Shown here piece by piece: positions 55,754-64,000 of a DNA stretch of 64,000 nucleotides. The translations under genes were made by a program, and so were the position numbers. Every line of letters starts with the position of its first letter. Within the stretch, counting starts at the first letter, position 1. The stretch is from Candidatus Marinacidobacterales bacterium (lineage in GTDB: Bacteria; Acidobacteriota; Vicinamibacteria; Marinacidobacterales; DATDRI01). The notes beneath the pieces are model-generated. The model had not been told where the DNA came from, searched no databases, and saw nothing but the letters and a program-made list of their open reading frames with translations. The DNA lies in the NCBI GenBank assembly GCA_965226495.1, contig OZ245365.1, forward strand, positions 384,001 to 448,000, read 5' to 3'.

Positions 55754-56523
55754 TCGTCCGTCGATCCGAGAAAGAGCTGGAGAAGATGCACCGGGCGAAT
55801 GCACTGGTGGTCAGCGTCCTCGAGGAATTGACGGAGTCGTTGGAGCCGGGCATCAGTACCGAAGACTTGGATCGCCAGGCTGAAAAGAGCATCCGTAAGG
55901 CAGGCGCCGAGCCGGCCTTCAAGGGCTATCGCGGCTTCCCCGCGACCTTGTGTGTCTCGATCAACGACGAGGTGGTGCATGGCATTCCCTCGTCGGAACG
56001 AGTGATCAAGGATGGCGATTTGGTAAGCCTGGATTTGGGCACTATAGTGGAGGGTCTCTATGGGGACGGCGCGGTGACCGTCGCGGTGGGAGAGGTTTCG
56101 GAGTCCCTCCGGAAGCTTCTCGAGGTAACCGAGGCCGCGCTCTACAAGGGTATCGAAGCCATGCGGGTCGGTAACCGGATTTCCGACATCGGCCACGCAG
56201 TCCAAAGTTACGTCGAGAGCCAAGGGCTCTCGGTAGTACGGGATTTCGTCGGCCATGGCATCGGAACCTCGCTTCATGAGGATCCGCAGGTTCCTAACTA
56301 TGGAGAGCCCGGAAAAGGGCCGCGGTTGCTCCCGGGGATGGCTCTGGCGATCGAGCCTATGGTCAACGTAGGGGCACACTTCGTCAAGACGCTGTCGGAC
56401 AATTGGACGGTGGTGACGATGGACGGCAGCCATTCGGCCCACTTCGAGCGATCGGTGGCCGTTACCGAGAATGGCCCGTGGGTTTTGAGTGGGCCCAATC
56501 CTGGAGGGGGCAACGGTGTCTAA
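55750..56523 (+). CDS. map: Methionine aminopeptidase type I
   Basis: [33 protein letters not shown]; ATGA overlap with adk. Confidence 0.97.
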   Translation: MIVRRSEKELEKMHRANALVVSVLEELTESLEPGISTEDLDRQAEKSIRKAGAEPAFKGYRGFPATLCVSINDEVVHGIPSSERVIKDGDLVSLDLGTIVEGLYGDGAVTVAVGEVSESLRKLLEVTEAALYKGIEAMRVGNRISDIGHAVQSYVESQGLSVVRDFVGHGIGTSLHEDPQVPNYGEPGKGPRLLPGMALAIEPMVNVGAHFVKTLSDNWTVVTMDGSHSAHFERSVAVTENGPWVLSGPNPGGGNGV

Positions 56524-56734
56524 AGAGGACGCGATCGAGGTCGTGGCCACGGTGTTAGAACCGCTGCCCAACGCTATGTTCAAAGTAGAGCTCGAGAACA
56601 AGCACAAAGTGCTAGCCCACGTCTCAGGCAAGATGAGACGGCATTTCATCCGGATTCTGCCAGGGGATAAGGTTTTGGTGGAGCTTTCTCCCTATGACCT
56701 CACCCGCGGCAGAATCGTTTATCGGTACAAATAG
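56516..56734 (+). CDS. infA: Translation initiation factor IF-1
   Basis: [35 protein letters not shown]. Confidence 0.98.
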   Translation: MSKEDAIEVVATVLEPLPNAMFKVELENKHKVLAHVSGKMRRHFIRILPGDKVLVELSPYDLTRGRIVYRYK

Positions 56735-56742
56735 GAACGGGA

Positions 56743-56856
56743 ATGAAAGTTAGAGCATCAGTCAAACGCATGTGCGACAAATGCAAGGTCATTCGGCGCC
56801 GGGGAGTGGTGCGCGTTATTTGCACGAATCCCAAGCACAAACAGCGTCAGGGATAG
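56743..56856 (+). CDS. rpmJ: 50S ribosomal protein L36
   Basis: [37 protein letters not shown] (below the ORF-track cutoff; read directly). Confidence 0.98.
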   Translation: MKVRASVKRMCDKCKVIRRRGVVRVICTNPKHKQRQG

Positions 56857-56868
56857 GAGAAGAGAATC

Positions 56869-57243
56869 GTGGCACGAATCGCGGGTGTGGATTTACCACG
56901 CAATAAGCGCGTTGAGATTGGTCTGACCTACATCTATGGCATCGGGCGGATCAGGTCGAAACGGATTCTGGATGAGGCGGGCATCGGTGGCGAGATCCGG
57001 GTTCAGGATCTCTCCGAAGAGGAAGTGAGCCGGATCAGCAAAGTAATCGATGCCGCCGGCGGAGTGGAAGGAGATCTGCGCCAGGAGATCTCCATGAACA
57101 TCAAGCGGCTCATGGACATCGGCTCCTACCGGGGCTTCCGGCATCGTCGCAGCCTCCCCGTTCGCGGACAGCGGACCCACACCAACGCCAGGACCCGGAG
57201 AGGGCCTCGCAAGGGCACGATGAGAAGGACACCGACGAGGTAA
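56869..57243 (+). CDS. rpsM: 30S ribosomal protein S13
   Basis: [22 protein letters not shown]...[13 protein letters not shown]. Confidence 0.99.
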   Translation: MARIAGVDLPRNKRVEIGLTYIYGIGRIRSKRILDEAGIGGEIRVQDLSEEEVSRISKVIDAAGGVEGDLRQEISMNIKRLMDIGSYRGFRHRRSLPVRGQRTHTNARTRRGPRKGTMRRTPTR

Positions 57244-57247
57244 TTGC

Positions 57248-57661
57248 ATGGCGAAGAAGAAAGAAACAGACAAGAAGGGCAAGCGCAAGGCGTACAAGAA
57301 GAAGGAAAAGAAGACCCTCTACCAGGGTGTCGCCCATATCCGGGCGAGCTTCAACAACACGCTGATCACGATTACCGACCAACAGGGGAATCTCGTATGT
57401 TGGTCGAGCGCTGGATCTATGGGATTCAAAGGTTCCCGCAAGGGTACGCCCTTCGCCGCTCAGCAAGCGGCCCAATCCGCGGCCAACGCCGCCCGTTCAC
57501 TCGGCTGCAAACAGCTCGACGTGCGAGTCAAAGGGCCTGGCTCGGGCCGCGAATCCGCGATTCGGGCACTCCAGGCGGCGGGAATAGACGTGCGGTCGAT
57601 TCGCGACGTGACGCCTATTCCTCACAACGGTTGTCGGCCTCCAAAGAGGCGGAGAGTTTAG
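57248..57661 (+). CDS. rpsK: 30S ribosomal protein S11
   Basis: [38 protein letters not shown]. Confidence 0.99.
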   Translation: MAKKKETDKKGKRKAYKKKEKKTLYQGVAHIRASFNNTLITITDQQGNLVCWSSAGSMGFKGSRKGTPFAAQQAAQSAANAARSLGCKQLDVRVKGPGSGRESAIRALQAAGIDVRSIRDVTPIPHNGCRPPKRRRV

Positions 57662-57703
57662 CGATGTCGCAGCAGTGCGACGAGAGGACACGGAGGTAGT
57701 CTC

Positions 57704-58333
57704 TTGGCAAGGTATCGAGGCCCAGTTTGCAGGCTCTGCCGGCGGGAAGGCACGAAGCTCTTCCTCAAGGGGGAGCGATGTTTCACGGAAAAGTGCGCCA
57801 TCGAGAAGCGCAACTTTGCGCCCGGTCAGCATGGGAAGAGCCGTCGAGCCAGAATTCAGGGCTACGGCTTGCAGCTCAGAGAAAAGCAGAAGGTGAAGAG
57901 GATCTTCGGCTTGCTCGAGAAGCAGTTTCGTAACTACTTCGAGCGAGCCGAGCGTCAACGTGGAATTACCGGCGAAATCCTGCTGCAGTTACTCGAGCGC
58001 CGGCTCGACAACGCCGTCTATCGACTGGGGTTTGCCAGCTCGCGCGCTCAGGCCCGATTGTTGGTTTGCCACGGGCACGTACGGGTGGGCGAGCGGCGGG
58101 TCGACATTCCATCCTACATACTACGGCCGGGTGAGGTTATGACGGTTAGTCAGAAGTACAGCAAGAACCCTCAATTCCAACAGTCGCTGGAAGCGGCAAA
58201 GAGTCGAGGGACGCCACCTTGGTTGGAACTAGCTGAGGATCAAACGTCTGGGAGGGTTATCTCTCTCCCCAAGCGGGAGGACGTCGGTCTGCCGGTGCAA
58301 GAGCAGCTCGTCGTCGAGCTTTACTCGAAATAG
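57704..58333 (+). CDS. rpsD: 30S ribosomal protein S4
   Basis: CRLCRREG, PGQHG, QLREKQK, LERRLDN.VYRLG, VELYSK. Confidence 0.99.
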   Translation: MARYRGPVCRLCRREGTKLFLKGERCFTEKCAIEKRNFAPGQHGKSRRARIQGYGLQLREKQKVKRIFGLLEKQFRNYFERAERQRGITGEILLQLLERRLDNAVYRLGFASSRAQARLLVCHGHVRVGERRVDIPSYILRPGEVMTVSQKYSKNPQFQQSLEAAKSRGTPPWLELAEDQTSGRVISLPKREDVGLPVQEQLVVELYSK

Positions 58334-58353
58334 GTCTAGAGAAGGAGTTTTAG

Positions 58354-59310
58354 ATGCACTGGAAGGGATTTCAAAAGCCCAAGCGGCTCGAAGTAGATCG
58401 CGAAACACTGACCGAGCGATATGGTCGATTCTACGCACAACCATTCGAACGGGGATTCGGCACCACCGTTGGCAACGCGCTCCGGCGTGTTCTTTTGTCA
58501 TCGATCGAAGGCGCCGCAATAACCGCAGTCAAGATCGAGGGAGTCCTCCACGAGTTCTCCCCCATTCCCGGCGCCTTGGAGGATGCAACGGGAATCGTCC
58601 TGAATCTCAAGCAGATTCCCTTTAAACTCCACACGCCCGGCCCCAAGACGATTTATCTAAAGGCCGAGGGGGAGGGGCAAGTGAAGGCGGGGGACATCGA
58701 AGTGGACTCCGATGTGGAGATTCTCGACCCGGACGTTCACGTCGCGAGTCTAGCCGGCGGCGCCAAGCTCAACGTGGAGATGCGCCTCAAGACCGGACGC
58801 GGTTATGTGCCGGCCGACAGGAACTTCGACGAGGACCTTTCGATCGGTTACATCCCGATCGACTCAGTTCATTCGCCGGTGAAGAAGGTCAACTTCCTCG
58901 TTGAAGCTGCCCGTGTCGGCCAGGCGACCGACTATGACAAATTGACGCTCGACGTGTGGACGAATGGTTGCATAAGTTCACCGGAGGCCATCGGACTCGC
59001 CGCGAAGCTACTCAAGGATCATCTGTCGATCTTCGTGAATTTTGAGGAGGAAGGCCCGATAGACGAGGTATTGGTCGACCGCGATCGCGAGACGCTCAAC
59101 GAGAATCTTAACCGCAGCGTCGACGAGCTGGAACTCTCGGTTCGTTCCTACAACTGCCTGAAGAACGCGAACATTCAGACCCTCGGCGAGCTGGTACAGA
59201 AGTCTGAGTCCGAGATGCTGAAGACCAAGAACTTCGGGCGGAAGTCGCTCAACGAGATCAAGGAGATCCTCACCACGATGGGTCTTTCGCTGGGGATGAG
59301 AGTGGAATAG
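58354..59310 (+). CDS. rpoA: RNA polymerase alpha subunit
   Basis: [45 protein letters not shown]. Confidence 0.99.
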   Translation: MHWKGFQKPKRLEVDRETLTERYGRFYAQPFERGFGTTVGNALRRVLLSSIEGAAITAVKIEGVLHEFSPIPGALEDATGIVLNLKQIPFKLHTPGPKTIYLKAEGEGQVKAGDIEVDSDVEILDPDVHVASLAGGAKLNVEMRLKTGRGYVPADRNFDEDLSIGYIPIDSVHSPVKKVNFLVEAARVGQATDYDKLTLDVWTNGCISSPEAIGLAAKLLKDHLSIFVNFEEEGPIDEVLVDRDRETLNENLNRSVDELELSVRSYNCLKNANIQTLGELVQKSESEMLKTKNFGRKSLNEIKEILTTMGLSLGMRVE

Positions 59311-59903
59311 TGAGACACCGAGTAGCCCACCGTAAGTTAGGCCGCACGACGGAGCACCGGATAAGTCTGCTCCGCAATCTGGCGGCATCGCTCTTCATCC
59401 ACGAGCGTATCCGGACGACCTTGGCCAAGGCCAAGGAGCTTCGGCCCTTTGCGGAACGGCTTATCACTCTCAGCAAGAAGGACTCGCTTCATGCCCGCCG
59501 CCGGGCGCTTAGCATCATGGTGCACAAGGAGGCGGTCGCCAAGCTCTTTCGGGATCTGTCGGCGCGTTTTGCAGATCGCCCGGGAGGCTACACACGCATC
59601 TTGAAGCTCGGCCCTCGCAAGGGAGATGGTGCCCCGATGGCTTTCATCGAGCTCGTCGACTTCGCCTTCACTAAGGAGGCCTCTTCGAAGAAAGAAAAGG
59701 CCAAGGCGAAGCCGAAGGTTGATGAAGAGCCCGAGTCGGAGACCGCGCCCGAGGCCTCAGACGCCGAGGAAGAAGCTTCTGCGGCTCCCAAGAAGAAGAG
59801 TAAGAAGACCGGAGCCAAGAGGAAGACCGCACCGAAGAAGAAAGCCGCTTCCGATCCCGGGAAGAAGAAAGCTAGTAAGAAGAAGTCTAAGAAGAAGAGC
59901 TAG
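59310..59903 (+). CDS. rplQ: 50S ribosomal protein L17 with acidic/Lys-rich C-terminal tail
   Basis: MRHR...[26 protein letters not shown]. Confidence 0.98.
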   Translation: MRHRVAHRKLGRTTEHRISLLRNLAASLFIHERIRTTLAKAKELRPFAERLITLSKKDSLHARRRALSIMVHKEAVAKLFRDLSARFADRPGGYTRILKLGPRKGDGAPMAFIELVDFAFTKEASSKKEKAKAKPKVDEEPESETAPEASDAEEEASAAPKKKSKKTGAKRKTAPKKKAASDPGKKKASKKKSKKKS

Positions 59904-59933
59904 TTAACCCACTAGCCCCGAAATTCATTAGTC

Positions 59934-59958
59934 CGAGCCCGGCTTCTCGCCGGGCTCG
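59934..59958. terminator. Perfect 10-bp hairpin between convergent rplQ and the fusA paralogue (possible terminator)
   Basis: cgagcccggc-ttctc-gccgggctcg; no clear U-tract. Confidence 0.45.
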
Positions 59959-60100
59959 CGGGGACCCCGCCACTGCCAGAAATCAATTAGTTGCCTGGGG
60001 CCCCACCCGCAGGTGTGATCTTGCCGGCATCTATCTCCGCTCGCGGGGACCCCACCCCCGCCAGAAATCAATTAGTCGCCTAGGGCCCCACCCCCAGGCG
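59954..60100 (-). repeat. Two ~62-bp direct repeats at 85-bp period carrying the family-A core
   Basis: gctcgcggggacccc...ccagaaatcaattagt.gcct.gggccccaccc starting at 59954 and 60039. Confidence 0.85.
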
Positions 60101-60201
60101 CGGCTCTCGCTCTTCGCTCGAGCCGAAAACCCGGCCAGGTTCCCTTGGCCGCTTGTTTCGTTTGCCAATTCCTCCTGGCCGACGGCCCTTACGGGCCGTT
60201 A
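60099..60201 (-). repeat. Family-B structured element, copy 2 (begins at the fusA-paralogue stop codon)
   Basis: Reverse complement: taacggcccgtaagggccgtcggccaggaggaattggc...gccaagggaacctggccgggttttcggctcgagcgaagagcgagagccgcg. Confidence 0.85.
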
Positions 60202-62289
60202 CTTTGCTTCTTCTTTTTCTGCTTTCAAAGACTCGATGAGTTTCTGGCGTAAGTGTGTCGGTACTTCGTTGTAGCGGGCGAACTCCATGTGGAAGTCCCC
60301 GCGGCCTCCCGTCATGGAAGTCAGGGTCGGTTCATAAGAAAGCATCTCCGCCATCGGCACCTGGGCCTTGATCATGGTCTGCGAGCCTTTCTTGTCCATT
60401 CCCTGTGTACGACCGCGGCGCGAGTTCAGGTCGCCTAGCACGTCCCCGGTGGTGTCGTCGGGCACGGAGATGAACACGTTCATGATCGGCTCCAGCAACG
60501 TTGGGCGACACGTGGGCATGGCCTCTTTGAACGCCAGCGAGCCGGCGATCTTGAAGGCGAGCTCCGAAGAATCGACGGCGTGGTACTTGCCGTCGTAGAC
60601 CGCCGCCTTGAAGTTGACCATCGGGAATCCCGCCAGGTACCCCCTCATCCGCGCTTCTTGGATCCCTTTTTCTACGGCCGGTACGTATTGCTTGGGGATC
60701 GATCCTCCGAAGATCTCGTTCACGAACTCGAATTCCGGGCCGTTGTCTACCGGCTCGAAGCGGACCCAGCAGTCGGCGAACTGCCCGTGCCCGCCGGTCT
60801 GTTTCTTGTGTCGACCGTGAGCCTCGGCGCTGACGGTGATGGTTTCTCGGTACGGTATCTTCGGTGGGTGTACGTCCACTTCTACGCCGAATTTTTTCTT
60901 CAGTCGCTCCACCACGACCTCGATGTGTAGCTGGCCGGTTCCGGAGAGAATCAGCTCGTTGGTGTTGGCGTCGCGGTGGTAACCCAAAATCGGATCTTCC
61001 TCCACCATACGCTGGAGGGCGTGACTGATCTTCTCCTCGTCGCCCCGCGACTTAGGCTCGATGGCGAAGCTGATAACCGGTTCCGGCGCAGAAATCGGAT
61101 CGTACACGATGGGGTGCGCCTTATCGCTGAGGGTATCCCCGGTATGGGTGTCTTTCAGCTTCATGACCGCACCGAGATCCCCAGCCGTGATTTCGGAGAC
61201 CGACTCCGGGTTCTTGCCTTGCAGGTGCGACAAGGCGCCGACCCGCTCCGTCAAATCCCTGCCGGCATTCAAGTATGCGGTGTCCGGTTTGAAGACGCCG
61301 CTCTGCACGCGAAACAAGGTGATGCGTCCTGCGTAAGGGTCGGCAACGGTCTTGAAGATGAAGACCGATGTCGGATCATCCTGGGAGGGTTTGCGGGTAA
61401 TTTCGTCTCCGCTCGAAGGGTCTTTTCCTTTCACCTCTCCGCGGGCCGCGGGGGACGGTACTAGATCCGCCACGTGATCCAACAGCGTTTGAACGCCAAT
61501 GTTGTGGGTCGCAGACACCGCCAGCACCGGGAAGACCCGTCCCGCCATCACGCCGGCCTTCAAGCCGTTCGTGAACTCGTCCTGGGTCAACTCGCCGGCC
61601 TCGAAGAATTTTTCCATGAGCGCGTCGTCACCTTCCGCAATCATCTCGGTCAGCGTGTTGCGGGCCTCATCCGCCCTGTCTTTCATGTCCTGGGGAATTT
61701 CCTGTTCTTCGTACGAGCCGTTCTCGTCTCCGCTCGAGACGAGAGCCTTCATCCGGAGGAGATCGACGACGCCGCGAAAGTCCTTTTCTTCGCCGATTGG
61801 TAGTTGAATCGGAACCGCGGCACGCCCGAAAGACTGTTGTATCGACGCCAAACTTCTTTCAAAGCTCGCACGCTCTCGGTCCAGCCGATTGATTACCAGA
61901 ATCCGGGGCAGGCTGAACTCCTCGGCAAACTGCCAAACCTTTTCGGTTTGGACTTCGACGCCGGCCACTGCGCAGACAGTGACCACGGCCGAATCTGCGA
62001 CGTGCAACGCGGCACGCGCCTCATGGATGAAGTTGCCGTAACCCGGCGTGTCCAAGATGTTGATCTTGGTTTTGTGCCACTCGCAGTGTGCCAGGCCGGT
62101 GGACAGGGTGATCTGGCGTTCTATCTCGTCGGCGTCGAAGTCGGTAACCGTATTACCGTCTTCGACCCTTCCGACACGGTTAACCGCACCGGAATCGAAG
62201 AGTATGGCGGAGGTTAGGGAGGTTTTTCCCGAGCCTCCATGGCCGACGATAGCAATGTTCCTGAGGTTGGCGGTGTCGTAGGTTTTCAT
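60199..62289 (-). CDS. Elongation factor G paralogue (EF-G2-like)
   Basis: Full five-domain EF-G layout with divergent G-motifs (GHGGSGKT, EIERQITL, DTPGY, NRLD); GQLH, HKKQTGGHGQF, DSSE.AF. Confidence 0.95.
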   Translation of the reverse strand: MKTYDTANLRNIAIVGHGGSGKTSLTSAILFDSGAVNRVGRVEDGNTVTDFDADEIERQITLSTGLAHCEWHKTKINILDTPGYGNFIHEARAALHVADSAVVTVCAVAGVEVQTEKVWQFAEEFSLPRILVINRLDRERASFERSLASIQQSFGRAAVPIQLPIGEEKDFRGVVDLLRMKALVSSGDENGSYEEQEIPQDMKDRADEARNTLTEMIAEGDDALMEKFFEAGELTQDEFTNGLKAGVMAGRVFPVLAVSATHNIGVQTLLDHVADLVPSPAARGEVKGKDPSSGDEITRKPSQDDPTSVFIFKTVADPYAGRITLFRVQSGVFKPDTAYLNAGRDLTERVGALSHLQGKNPESVSEITAGDLGAVMKLKDTHTGDTLSDKAHPIVYDPISAPEPVISFAIEPKSRGDEEKISHALQRMVEEDPILGYHRDANTNELILSGTGQLHIEVVVERLKKKFGVEVDVHPPKIPYRETITVSAEAHGRHKKQTGGHGQFADCWVRFEPVDNGPEFEFVNEIFGGSIPKQYVPAVEKGIQEARMRGYLAGFPMVNFKAAVYDGKYHAVDSSELAFKIAGSLAFKEAMPTCRPTLLEPIMNVFISVPDDTTGDVLGDLNSRRGRTQGMDKKGSQTMIKAQVPMAEMLSYEPTLTSMTGGRGDFHMEFARYNEVPTHLRQKLIESLKAEKEEAK

Positions 62290-62371
62290 TGCCCCTCCGT
62301 TTGCAAGATCGGAACCGGCCCGTCACATCGGGCTACGGATCAAACGTTGAACTCCCAGGACAGGCGGCGCG

Positions 62372-62380
62372 ATTATAACA
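62372..62380 (-). promoter_or_regulatory. Extended -10 promoter for the EF-G paralogue
   Basis: Minus strand TGTTATAAT about 80 nt upstream of the ATG; GGAGG SD present. Confidence 0.6.
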
Positions 62381-62560
62381 CCAGCGAGTTTTTCGGTGCA
62401 ACGCCGTCGCGCATCCGGGACAAGCGAGGCGGGGAGAAGGGGCTAGCCCGAACCGAAATAGACTGTCCGGGCAGAACGCTGCCGCCAAGGAATTTCGAGT
62501 CGGGGCCAGCTGGACCCGGCGCGAGGCCAGATTTGAGTGGGTTATAATCAGCCGGACGTG

Positions 62561-63472
62561 ATGGTGAACGGGCTTTCTGGTTTCAAGGGTAGGAGTAGGC
62601 GATACGCTCTTTCGTTCGGCGAGCGGTCTGTTTTCGCCGCCAGACTCGCATTGCAGGGGCGAGACTGGGCGGTGGTCGAGAAGTCAGAGCGCCCGTTTCC
62701 GCCCGAGATGGTTTCCGTGTCTCCCGTCGAGCCCAATGTCCATTCCGTGTCCGGCTTGGCCCGTATTACCGGCGAGGCCTTGGGCGAAGTCGGATGTCAG
62801 GGGGCCAGGCTGGCCCTCATCTTGTCGGATTTGGCGGTCCGTGCCTTTGCTCTACCCGTTGAAAAGCGCACTAAGCCGCTACAGATGCTGGCGAAAGTTG
62901 CCCCGCGGTTACCGTACGCAAGCCACGAGGCCGTTTTCGACACTTGGCGCGGCGCGTCTAACTGGGCGCTCGTCGCCGCCGTCCGGGGAGCGGTACTTCG
63001 CCAGTACGAAAAAGCGGTCGAGGCGGTCGGCTGCCGAGTCTCCTGGGTCGATGGAGCGAGCCTCATTAGAATTCCGGATTGGTCACGGGAAGTGAGCGCC
63101 GAACGGGAAAACACAGGGGGAGGAGAAAGGACCTCGGCACTCCTACAAGTGCACGTTCAACTCTACCCCGGCCACTACTCGCTCTCTGTTTTTCGAGGGG
63201 AACAGCTAATCGACATCCGCGTGAAGCTAATCGGCGCGGAGGATAGCGGCCGAATCGGCCGAATCAAGGACGAGCTGACCCGACTCCCAGCGATGTCCGG
63301 AGACGCAGAGTATGCACACCTAACGATCCACGGCGTTGGTGCGGCCACCCTTCTCGAGAAGCTCGGTGAACACGAACTGATGAAGGGGCGGGTGAGACTG
63401 GGCGACAATGGGCACGAGGCGCACCTTTCTTCACTCATGGCGACGTTGGTGCGAAGAGTCCACAAAACGTGA
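62561..63472 (+). CDS. PilM/GspL-like cytoplasmic actin-fold assembly protein (putative)
   Basis: LALILSD..VR, LPY..EAVFD, LVAAV....LRQYE..V...G pattern; followed by a PilN-like gene. TATAAT at 62543-62548 argues against the 62537 start. Confidence 0.65.
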   Translation: MVNGLSGFKGRSRRYALSFGERSVFAARLALQGRDWAVVEKSERPFPPEMVSVSPVEPNVHSVSGLARITGEALGEVGCQGARLALILSDLAVRAFALPVEKRTKPLQMLAKVAPRLPYASHEAVFDTWRGASNWALVAAVRGAVLRQYEKAVEAVGCRVSWVDGASLIRIPDWSREVSAERENTGGGERTSALLQVHVQLYPGHYSLSVFRGEQLIDIRVKLIGAEDSGRIGRIKDELTRLPAMSGDAEYAHLTIHGVGAATLLEKLGEHELMKGRVRLGDNGHEAHLSSLMATLVRRVHKT

Positions 63473-64000
63473 AGAACGGCATCAACTTGAGCTCGAGTCG
63501 CTCGTTCTTCGACGAGATTCCGCCGAAGCTTTGGTGGTTCGTTCTCTTCGCGGTTCTCCTCGTTTCCGGTTTGCACATGGCAATGATGTTGCGGCTCCAA
63601 AGCGTCAAGGAAGACGTTACTCAACGGATGCATGTCGGCCAGGATAGCCTGGAGGGATTGGATCGGCAGCTCGAGATGGTGCACGCCGACCTCAAAACGA
63701 AGGCTGCCTCTGAAACTATCGAGCAGCTTATTGCACTGGAGCGCTCGGGCATATTGATGACCATTGCACCCTCCGAGGTGCTCTACGAGATCGCAAAGGC
63801 CTTGCCGGGAGAGGCACGCCTCACATCGGTTCGCCTCAGCGCCGCCGTTTCCCAAGGGGAGCTAGAGTTGGACGCGGTGACCACCAACCCCCATGCGGTC
63901 GTTACCTTCCTGGGTAGACTCACCGAATCCCCACTTGTCCGGCGAGCGGAAGTGCTCGAAGAGACCCCTGTGTCAAGAGGAGAGTTCTTCTATCGGATCG
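63469..64000 (+). CDS. PilN-like protein (partial, runs off window end)
   Basis: GTG overlaps the upstream stop; MKNGINLS, one TM helix, coiled coil, VL.EIA.ALP..ARLTS, F...L..SP. Confidence 0.72.
   Translation, partial: MKNGINLSSSRSFFDEIPPKLWWFVLFAVLLVSGLHMAMMLRLQSVKEDVTQRMHVGQDSLEGLDRQLEMVHADLKTKAASETIEQLIALERSGILMTIAPSEVLYEIAKALPGEARLTSVRLSAAVSQGELELDAVTTNPHAVVTFLGRLTESPLVRRAEVLEETPVSRGEFFYRI

Noticed and set aside
55645-56649. 334-aa minus-strand ORF
   Set aside because: It is antisense to adk, map and infA with no recognisable domain.

Overview
A GC-rich housekeeping region, most likely from an Acidobacteriota genome (RpoB carries an N-terminal Cys-rich insertion and RpoA starts [12 protein letters not shown]; the taxonomy is inferred). 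From left to right: the 3' end of nuoN; selA; three co-oriented genes of unknown function, one frameshifted by a 10-bp duplication; purH; and a minus-strand LPS operon (Trm112-family, GT9, O-antigen ligase-like, heptose kinase). Then comes an unbroken ~51 kb plus-strand run (8961-59903): TPR, lipoprotein, ispE, spoVG, tRNA-Gln, prs, rplY, pth, rpsF-rpsR-rplI, dnaB, radA, PIN/TRAM, plsC, B3/4, ispDF, rlmB, four tRNAs, tuf, rpmG, tRNA-Trp, secE, nusG, rplKAJL, rpoBC and the str, S10, spc and alpha clusters. The window ends with a convergent EF-G paralogue and the start of a PilM/PilN-like operon. I found no CRISPR array, transposase or prophage. The least explained signal is non-coding: at least three families of structured intergenic repeats. 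Family A has 85-bp units with GNA-triloop hairpins. Family B is a ~105-nt multi-stem element with three compensatory base-pair changes between its two copies. Family C is a degenerate 58-59-bp array between tRNA-Gln and prs. All three assemble into a BIME-like mosaic between rplK and rplA. There are also many 9/18-bp tandem expansions that build low-complexity extensions on ribosomal proteins, apparent frameshifts in the rpsC and rpmD extensions, and strongly G-skewed codon usage in the two near-identical tuf copies. All calls were made by eye without database searches.
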